DNA from: Ancylonema sp. | Lineage: Eukaryota | Direction of reading: 5' to 3' | NCBI GenBank assembly: GCA_050230475.1 | Contig: JBFLGF010000206.1 | Span: 1 to 63,008 of the forward strand | Length of the DNA: 63,008 nt | Part shown: piece by piece, positions 51,901 through 63,008 of the stretch | Numbering within the stretch: the stretch's first letter is position 1 | Layout of the letters: each line of letters starts with the position of its first letter | Position numbers and translations under genes: made by a program | The notes under the pieces: model-generated | Seen by the model: only the letters and a program-made list of their open reading frames with translations | Told to the model about the DNA's origin: nothing | Databases searched by the model: none

Positions 51901-54900
51901 GAGATCTCGGAAGCTGTGGCAATGGATTTCCGACAGCATCAGGGATCTCTTCATCGACAGAATTTGGATCGCCATAGGCAGGTTGCCCACCTCCAGAAAT
52001 ACCCCCTCCGAGACCAACACTACCCCCTCCTGCTCCTTGATCAGCTGCATCCAGATCTGGCCATGACATTTTTGTTTTTGCAACTGGCTCATGCACTCTT
52101 GCCTTCTTGCCAATTTTCTGACCCCTCCACCAGCTTTGCTTGACAGATTCATCGAAGTCTACATGACCAGTGCCAACGTTGTGTATTTTGTTCGTTGCAG
52201 GATCCCAGACTCGGTAGCAAGGAGTGTCGGGATTCCAACACACCAAGCCAGCCAGTGCACTCATTTTCCCAGCCCGATCTTGTTTCTCCAGTCGCACATA
52301 AACTTTGCAGCCGAATGATCGAAGATGATCAATCTTTGGAACTTCTCCTGACCACATCTCCTCTGGAGTTTTTGGAAGTCCGCTGACTTGACATCGATTT
52401 CTGAGGTATGAAGCTAAGGAGATTGCTTCTGCCCACAGACCAAGAGGAAGTTGCATGTGCAAAAACATAGAGCGAGCCCTGTTTGCAACGGACGATTCAT
52501 GCGTTCTGTGATTGCATTGCCTTGAGGAGTGTTTGGCGGAGTTGTCTCATGTCTGATGCTTCTGTTTTTTAGCCACTTCTGCAGACCACCATCGATAAAC
52601 TCTCCTCCTCGATCTGATCTCAGATTTTTAACAAGTTTCCTAGCTTGTCTTTCCCAGATTGCGATCCATTGCTTCAGACGAGGAGCTGCATCATCCTTTG
52701 CTGCGAAGTATTTCCACCCAGGATTTTCGGCTGTATTCATCGACGAGCACCATGTTGTACACTCCTCCCCCTATTGATGCTGGATTAACGGCCTTGCCAA
52801 GTCCACCGACACTCTTCCTAGGCAGACTTGTTCTCCTGCACCACCTTCTCGTCGAGGATGAGGTTTGTCGTGTGCCTTCCCCAGCTTGCACCCTTCACAA
52901 TTTTGCAGAACTCCTGAGATGCCTCCTTCCAGTCCTCGTACAAAGATGTTGTCGTGCCACATTTTTGAGCACTCTCTCATTTGCCATGCCCAAGTCTTGT
53001 GTGGAGGAGGTTGATTTCGACAGCAGCTACAAACAACTTCCCCTTCAGTAAGTTGCTGATGTCGAACCGGTGTGCAGATGAGAGTTTTTCGACGTGTCGA
53101 TGTTTCTTGCAGAGTGCAGACTTGTTGTCTTGATTTGCTGTAAATTGGAATGATGCCACCAGCTTTTCCACTGCAAGTGTAAGACCACCCTGCTTCTCTG
53201 GCTTTCTGACCGCTGAACAAATTAATGCGCATCCTAGGAATGTACAAACATTTCTTGAGTGTTACTTCTCCACACTCTCCCTCGGTATTCAGCTCAATTG
53301 TTCCCCACTGCTTCACTCGCACACTTCCGACCAGATGATGCATGATGACCTCGTGTGGAATGTCTTCGAGGATTTTGAAAAGATTTTTCTGTCCACAAGA
53401 ATGGTGACTGGAACCATCGTCGAAAAGGAAATCTTTGTCCGCATCATCATTATCTGCAACATTTCCATCAAAGATTTCAGCGATGATAGCTTCTCCATGA
53501 CCACAGCTTTCCTCCTCATCGATTTCACCAACGTAAGCTGCTTGTCTCCCAGTGCGTACCCCCTTTCTTTGCCTTCGTGGAGCTTCGTTTTTCTTGTCGA
53601 AACACGTGAATTCCACATGACCAATGGCTCCACAATATCTGCATTCTTCGTTTTTCTTGGAGCAGTCTCTGCTGTAGTGACCTGTCTCTCCACAAGTATA
53701 GCAGGAATGCCCTCCACTTGATCCATTGCCTCCACCTCTGCCTCCACGCCCACCTCTGATTCCACGCTTATCTGCTGAATACCCCCTGAATGTACCCCTG
53801 CCTCCACGATTGTCGATACCACCACCTCTGCCTTGGCTTGATTTTTTTTGTTGCGTTGACCACTTAACATAGTTTGCCTCTACAACTAGTGCCTTAGCAT
53901 CTTTGACATCTTTTTCTTTCTTGTCGTCCAGCTCATCCATTCCCATCTGCCCCCAGATCCAGCTGATCCCAGGTCTTTCTGTCCTCCATAATACAGCTTC
54001 TTCAGCATGCCGTATTTTGTTCTTGACATGCCGGCAAACAATGCCATCACTTGATCTTCTGCGTTGACTGGAAATTTTTGATGTACACACTCTCTGATGA
54101 GCGACAGAAAAGTATTCTTGATATCTCTGACTGGCATCTTTTCATCGATCTTGAAAGATTTCAGCTTTTCTTTTGCAATCTGTCGAAGTTCTGGAGACAC
54201 CTTGTCATACTCCTCTGTCAGATAGTCCCACATCGCCGTTGGATCTCGTTCAAATTGTTCAAGTGATGTAGCGATGTCGTCACTGACAAATTGCATGAGT
54301 AGCATGACTGCCTTTTTTGATCTTTTGCGGAAGCTTCTGACATCAAGTGTATACTGCTCCATTTCTGCTTCATTTGTTGGCCAGTGTTCATCATCGTATC
54401 TGGCTGTAACCTCAGTTGGAATAGTCTTTGTTTCTTTGCAAATCTCAAGGCACTCAGCATCATCAAGAGTAGCTGAGGCCTTAGATCTCCATGCTTGAAA
54501 GGTAACTTTATCTCCATCCAGAATGCAGTACCGTGCTCCTTTCTTCTGCCATCGATGCAAGAATAAAGTTCACTTCTTCTTAATCACAATTCTCTCAGAC
54601 AACTCTTGAATCGACAGATCACGTCACTACAAACGTTGACACAACAAAAGTGCAAGTTTGAAGTGGAAAGTCTGATTAAGGAATTCAGCATGCAAGCTCA
54701 GACCTAGTACAGTCGATTGCTGTCTGGTCAAAGAATCTGCCGGTATCGAAACTACTTCGTCAATTGCCAATCATATCTAAGCATTCTGCCACATCAACTA
54801 GTTCTTATCGACACTTGTGCCAGATGGCCAAGTAATCATTAAAACAAGGACGTCGGCCTGCAGCCGGCTGCAGCCTGCCAGCAGCCTGCATTTGCTGAAT

Positions 54901-55211
54901 AACGACAAAACTAAAGCTAAATTCCCGGATTGCTAAAACGATATAACGACAAAAGTTCACAGCCCCTAAAAACTAACACTAATGCCTTCGCCTCAGTACG
55001 CATACCTCAAGTTATTGATCCATGTTCCCACCACATAATAAATACTTGACATTGTAGCATCCTACCATACTTATGCCTCCTTAGCTTATTTTTGAAATGG
55101 TTCAAACACTAGGCTTGTCAAAGGTGGGGCCAAGGCATAACACGTAGGGCTAGAAAAAAAAAAAAAAAAAAAAAAAAAACACAACCCGCAAAACGTCCCC
55201 TGAAAAAAAAC

Positions 55212-55271
<60 letters not shown>

Positions 55272-55346
55272 AAGATCCGCGTGGCTCGTCCCGGACCGGG
55301 GCGGACCTCGGTTCCAAATTGGATTTTGCCGGTTCGGGTAACTATG
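48970..55346. mobile_element. Non-autonomous CATAG-terminal DNA transposon, family A, carrying a nested copia
   Basis: Perfect 16-bp TIR CATAGTTACCCGAACC at 48970 and 55331-55346. Exact 8-bp TSD GGAGAAGG at 48962-48969 and 55347-55354. About 1 kb long once the copia is removed. Confidence 0.92.
49580..54978 (-). mobile_element. Ty1/copia LTR retrotransposon, near full-length defective copy 2
   Basis: LTRs at 49580-50002 and ~54539-54978. 5-bp TSD CTAAT (49575-49579, 54979-54983). Domain order gag (two CCHC), PR, GAG-pre-INT (HTRLGH..CEGC), INT (RSDRGGEF), RT (YKARVVAKGF, QMDVTTAFL, LYGLKQAPR, YVDN), RNase H (YSDA, ESEY). Several frameshifts, YVDD changed to YVDN, PBS deleted. Confidence 0.97.
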
Positions 55347-55484
55347 GGAGAAGGTAACGGTAACAAACAGATCTTGTGAAGTATCATCTCATAATGTTTT
55401 CAGCCAATAGAATCAAACCGTTGGCACCGAAGTAACCCACCCGCAGCTTGTAAGATTTATGAACAGATGAAAGAGTATAAAAAG

Positions 55485-56420
55485 CATAGTTGCACGAACT
55501 CCGAACCGTTTCCGAACCGGATCTTAGATGGAACCGGTTCCGACAAAAGTGGCCGCGGTTCGGAACCGCGGGAATTAGGTTTTTCCCACTTAAACGGCAT
55601 TTTGAGGGGCTATATAGCTCGGGAAAAATCGACAAATAGTTTTTTTTTGTGTCCCACTTCATGGTCTATCCAAAAAAAATAAAAAAAAAATGATGCACGT
55701 TGTGAAAAAAACCAAAACGATTTTTCTCATGAGTGTATCTACCTGCTGTTGGTGCATTTCTCTGTTTTTCTCAATTCTGTGCACACTTTCTTGCTATTTA
55801 TGTAAAAGTAGTTACTTAACAAGTTCCACTTTCAGTTTCAATCTTTTTTCAACCATCCATAAACTCCATTCCATATATCTTTCTTCATTCCCATTCCGTG
55901 TTTTGATTCCATGTGAAAATGTTGCGACATAATGTTGTCACTCGTTTTGTATTGCCACTCGACATTTTATTTAACTGTCCATGTTTTTTTTCTCTTCAAT
56001 CGTCTACTCAAAGCTGCGGCAATCCATTTATATCCACTCTCTTCCTACTCAATTCTCCTACCTTTCACATCCCTTCCTTCTCCAAAGTTTTTCGAAAGGT
56101 CGCGTGCTGTTTTCTGCCAACGAAAATGAAGCCACCACGTCCTGCCATGGCGCGAAATAAAGCAAATTGAAACTAACAATGGCCACGCCATATTTTTCCG
56201 ATGATTTTTTTCACAATTTTAGCGTCTCAAAATGACGTGGAGTCACCAACATGAACATTTACAACAATTTATTTCCCCCGCGTACGTTTTTTGGGAGGGA
56301 CAAAATGTTATACCGCGGTCAGGAGTAAAATTCTAAAAATCTCCCGGTTCCTCCGGTTCCGAAACAGTTCCATCTCGGAACCAGTTCCAAAAAAAGAAAC
56401 AGCCGGTTCGTGCAACTATG
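55485..56420. mobile_element. Non-autonomous CATAG-terminal DNA transposon
   Basis: 15-bp TIR CATAGTTGCACGAAC at both ends. Exact 8-bp TSD ATAAAAAG at 55477-55484 and 56421-56428. GGAACC/GGTTCC subterminal repeats. Confidence 0.92.
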
Positions 56421-57135
56421 ATAAAAAGATGTTCGATGAATGGTAAGGGCAGGGGGGGGAACGTTGTGACCCATGAGCATTCAGGACCCAGCTAATATCG
56501 GCCATCCTAACTCTCTCGTTGTTCGACCAGGTTTACACAAAAACGCCCATCATCGAAAAAGTACGTATTTCCAACTAGGTCGCACTATCTTCACAACTAA
56601 TAGTATTCTGAATGGCGAGTAGTTAGACTTCTGATCAATGCACAGACTCATGTTCCGCCCGGAATAAAAGACGCGAGCAACATATCGACCACCAAACTGT
56701 ATGAAGCAGACAACAGAAGGACAATTCCTGCCTACAAATTGGAAAAAACAAAGACAATCCCACTGAGTAACAACTACACACTTCATGTGAATGTAAAGGC
56801 CTAATAACTGTTAAACTACCCTCAAAATCTGATCCCCAATTACATCGTCAACGATTTTGAGACACTAGACTGGTTGATTGAGATACTAGACTGGTAACAT
56901 TAGTAAACTTTGCGGCGCAAACATACTTGTCCACTACAAAAAAGGCTGAGCCACAGTGCAGGAGAGGACCAGAAAGCATTTAAACCAGAATCTAAAGATA
57001 TGTACTCCATACCCGTGCACTACATAGACGGGGGTGATCAATAAAGGGTCCTCCTAAACACACGAAGTTTGCTGCTGCAATTTTTTTTTTTTGATTTCTT
57101 TCCTCTTATTATTTTTAGAAAACGTTGTGAAGCAG

Positions 57136-59157
<2,022 letters not shown>

Positions 59158-59930
59158 TCAAGGTTTCCCGAGTGCTTGGTTCCAAATCCACGAAATGAGC
59201 GATCCGTTTAGGACAGCCTCTAAGTAGAGAGAACCAATGATTTGCAAATTTCCCTTTCGAGTCAACTTAGAAAGACGAGCGGTGCTGCTCGGCAACGATG
59301 CAAACAGCTACTACAGTGGGCAGGAACATTATTGCTGTGTGAAAGGCCTCGATTGAACTGGTTGGTCTGCAGAAACTTATTGCCTGCGGGAACGCACAAC
59401 ACGGTAATAACGGACGACTGAACGGACGGTAATTACAACGGTAGGTATTTTGACAAGAAAATATATAGGAAGGTTTTACTAAGCACGCGACAACAACCAA
59501 TTTAAATCTCACGTGCCTGAACCGCCCGGCGCTCCGGCGCTCGAAATGGTGCGAAGTCAATCGTGAATTGTCAACTCCGAAGTGACAACTTCGGAGTCAA
59601 CTTCGGAGATATTTGAGGCTGTTATATGATAAGAGATTTGGGATAAAAGTTAGGAAAGAAAGTAATCTAAGTTAGCTTTCTTGGAGTCGATACAAGCTTC
59701 CAAGCTTCCTAGATTCCTAGATTCCTAACTTCCTAGCTTGTGCACATCGGTACGATTTTTTTCATTCAGCCCGAGTCAGGTTTGCGCTATCCGAGAGCAG
59801 TATACGCGTTTGACTCTTGTGATGGTAACAGAGAGTGTTTTTAAAGAAATGTTCTAGCTACTAAAGAAGCCTACAAACTAATTTTATATTTTACCTCTGT
59901 ATTACGGCGGTTGCTGCGGAGCAAGAGGAT

Positions 59931-60714
59931 ATGAGGGATCATAGTCATGAGGTTGAGGAGACGGAGGTACGTCCTCCGGAGCTGAGGACTCCAGTTGGAG
60001 TAAACTGTTTGCTGGTACCGATTCGTGTTCCTAAATTTACATCACGCTCGGAGATGATCTTCGTTGAGATGATGTTTTAGAAATGAGGCTCCTGGCACAG
60101 GTCGATTTGTTATTCAATGCATTGCAGGAGAATGGAATCTCTGTATCCGACATCAGCAAAATCACATCCGCGGGCGTCTTCACTATGACGGGCATGGCAA
60201 ACATGACGAGAAGGCAATTGATGAGTATACCAGGAATATGCGAAAATATTTGCTACAAGGTCATGGAAGTCGGTCAGGCCTCCGTCCAAGAAGTTGTCCA
60301 TCATTGGTTTGTGCTCCTGATGGTACTTTTTGGTACTAACAGCAAGGTCCTTACCCATCCTTCTTACCGAATCACTGTTGCAGCATCCAGGTACGTATAT
60401 CTGGGATTTACGAGTGCATCAGAGAGGTTGAAGCAACGAGTCGGCACCTTACACTTCTCGACTGGAAGCAAGGATGTGGATAAAATTATCAACGATATTT
60501 GATTCCTGGACTGTCGCAGGCTTGGGACCCCTCTTATTTCGCCTATATGAATTTGGCATGTGATAAGCGTGGCATCGACTACTTCTGATTCAGATATTTT
60601 TTTTCTACAATGGCTTGCGCAGATGGTGTCGAGACGGGCTCGCTCACCGAAATATATGAAGAGTGTTGCACTAGAAAAACACAAACATGCCATATTTTGT
60701 GTGTAACTTGTCGG
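59931..60714 (+). pseudogene. RAD51/DMC1-like recombinase, N-terminal part, probably inactivated
   Basis: Exons 59931-59966, 60101-60272, 60384-60494, 60623-60714 give GIS..DI.K...AG..T, GFTSAS, STGSKDVDKII and GVETGSLTEIY..KTQ.CH.LCVTC. Walker A reads EECCTRKT instead of GEFRTGKT. The intron-3 donor reads AT. An LTR begins 125 bp downstream. Confidence 0.78.
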
Positions 60715-60839
60715 GTAATGATCCTACCCTTTAAAAACGACTACAAAGCCGCAATTTTGGTGAGACAAAGTTTTTCATTGAGTTCCGACCGCAAAATGGC
60801 TTAGATACTCCATGAGCAATGTCGGCACAATTGTGCCCA

Positions 60840-63008
60840 TGTTAGGACCCTCGCTAAAGTCACTAGGGCTCCCTAGCGAGGTCCCCACACTTAGCGCTAG
60901 AGCGCTACTATAGCATATTTCCCTATAGCGAGTTTTCCCCCTTTATAGTGAGACTTGTGTCCCTAGCGGCCGCCTGGGCCTAGGGAGTATTATGTTGTGT
61001 CCTTAGTCTTAGAAGTTGTGCCTTTAGCCAGATTCTGTTGTGTAATTAGCCGCCCTTGACTTAGTTATCCCACATTATTCCTAGAGTCGGCTAGGGCCGA
61101 CTTTCCTACATCTAACCGATAGGAATGCCTCTAGAGCATTCCTATCAACTCATGTATTGCACTCTCCGAGTTGACCATCATTACCAAAACCAAAACATCA
61201 TTTCCGGTTTCGGCCACCATTGTTATTCCGGCCTTTCGCCATCATAGCTATTGTGCATTGCAATTAGCTTGCTACGAACGCCTTTTGCATCCGCCCCTAA
61301 CACTTTGATATGAATTATTTTTTGAGGTTTTTGTTAGAATCTTCTGGATCTGAACCTCATTCCAGCCGCCATCTTTTTTTATCTACTTCCAGTCCCTCAT
61401 GTCTTCTTCCAATCTCCCAGAAGTCATGGTGGCATTGCGCCAGATGCAAATTTCACAAGATGAAAAATTCAAGATATTGGCTGATGAAAATCAGGATATT
61501 AAGAGCAGGTTTACAGAGCTCTCTGAATAGGTGGCTTATGAATCTAAGTACCTGGCTTCTACCCCTGACCAGTCACCTTAGAACCCCCGACTACACCCCC
61601 CCTTCAGGATCTGGTTCCAGCTGACCCCCCCTAAGTTGAAGTTGAGGGGGGGGTACTGTTAGGACTGCCCCTCTATAGCCACTAGTGTGTCTCTAGAGTG
61701 TGCCTCCTACACCATGCTACTAGCCCTAGAGTGCTAGTAGTGACTTTGTCCTTACATCGAGTTCTGCCCCTTTATAGTGAGATATCTGTTCCTAGCGACT
61801 TTGTCCCTATAACGAGTGTTTGCCCTTAGATTTCTAGTTTACTCTTATATCGAGTTCTGCCCCTTTATAGTGAGATATCTGTTCCTAGCGACTTTGTCCC
61901 TATAACGAGTGTTTTTTACTCTTATATCGAGTTCTAGTTATCCCACTTATAGTCTTGATTCAGACTTGAGCTAGTTCTATATATAGTCCATAGGAATGCC
62001 TTTAGAGCATTCCTATCAACTCATGTACTTGCACCCCGATTATATCAACACCATTTCCACTCGGCTCCGCCATCTCATCTATCCGGCATTTCGACATCCT
62101 TCCGCTTGTGTGCATAGTGCAACTCGCTTGCTAGGGACGCCTTTTGCATCCGCCCTTAACACTTTGATAGGAATACAATTGGTGATTTTCAAATTAGTTT
62201 TCATGCTACTTTGATCTTCACTTCCGGGGTTTTCAGACCCTTCATAGGCCCATTTCGGCTTCAATTCTGGCCATGTCGGCTTCATCGGCCTTTTCGGCTT
62301 CGGGTTACCTGTCTTTACCCAACCATCCATTGGCCATTCGGCTTCGTTTTCATTCATCACGACATGGATGAACCATTTAAACCGTTTACAATGACATCTT
62401 TCCTCCTGGAACTCAAAGGCACGCAGGCCTCGGAGCAGGCCCGTGCAATTCAGACCAAGATTGACTCAACAATACGTTTCATGAAAAAGTTACATGCTGA
62501 CATTGTTGTCTTTCCTCAAGACAGTCCTGATCCCCGCCCCATGTCACTTGCTACCCTCCAGCATCACCTACGATTTCGATCTTTCCAAGTATCCCAGCTG
62601 TTGAAGATCCAGGCTAATCATATTTCTATTCCTGGTCCTACCTCTCCTGCTGTTACAGCAGTGTGCCTGGCTGACTCTACTACACGCTTGCCTGCCTCCT
62701 CTGCTGCCAGTCTGCCTGCGGTAAATTCCGTTACCATTCCCCCCCTTGCAGCTCTTCACGCTACTATTCCTATCCTAGCCGGTGACAGAGATACCAAACC
62801 CTCTGTTCCCACAACCATCAGTGCGGCAACTACTCCTGCAGCTATTCCTGCTCCAGTGAACTTTGTCGTTGCATCTGCTCCCGCTCCTACTCCAGCCCTT
62901 GCTCTTCCCGACAGCACGCACATGGATCTAGCGCCCGAGTTTCTAGACTTGCAATCCTTCCCATCCCCACCCTCCCCTCCCGTTTTGCTCCCTTTCCTAT
63001 CCCCCGTC
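60840..63008 (+). mobile_element. Ty3/gypsy-like LTR retrotransposon sequences in tandem (runs off the window)
   Basis: Related LTRs TGTTAGG...TAACA at 60840-61302 and 61657-62161, each followed by CTTTGATA. A G-run PPT lies immediately before 61657. Degenerate gag-like frames start at ~61399 and ~62365. The superfamily call rests on terminal and PPT style only. Confidence 0.75.

Noticed and set aside
56440..56540. tRNA or SINE-like sequence on the minus strand
   Set aside because: No convincing B box or cloverleaf could be drawn.
60495..60622. U12-type AT-AC intron in the recombinase gene
   Set aside because: The donor ATATTTGA does not match ATATCCTT and the acceptor is AG. A mutated GT donor is simpler.

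Overview
Eukaryotic nuclear DNA with spliceosomal introns and the standard genetic code. The proteins look green-lineage (DGS1, RABH/Rab6); a green alga is my inference, not established. Six intact-looking multi-exon genes are present: VPS36 (-), DNAJC21/JJJ1 (+), DGS1/NCA2-domain (-), APC8/CDC23 (+), an F-box/LRR gene (+) and Rab6/RABH1 (-). There is also a RAD51/DMC1-like copy with a broken Walker A and a lost splice donor. Most genes sit in head-to-head pairs. The intergenic space is packed with nested mobile DNA whose ends can be read directly: five non-autonomous elements with CATAG-type termini and 8-bp TSDs (P-like or hAT-like), two more 8-bp-TSD elements, a 9-bp-TSD Mutator-like MITE, a Tc1/mariner-like MITE, two copies of one Ty1/copia family (5-bp TSDs) and a tandem Ty3/gypsy-like LTR structure at the right edge. 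A ~195-bp repeat array with alternating orientation lies at ~38.5-40.6 kb. I found no well-supported new molecular system (no CRISPR, Fanzor/TnpB or viral genes). The best leads are the CATAG element set with copia nested in it, copia gag initiating inside the LTR, two in-frame internal deletions in one copia, the fold-back array, and the GG-context G-to-A decay of the recombinase copy. Gene models and alignments were made by eye.
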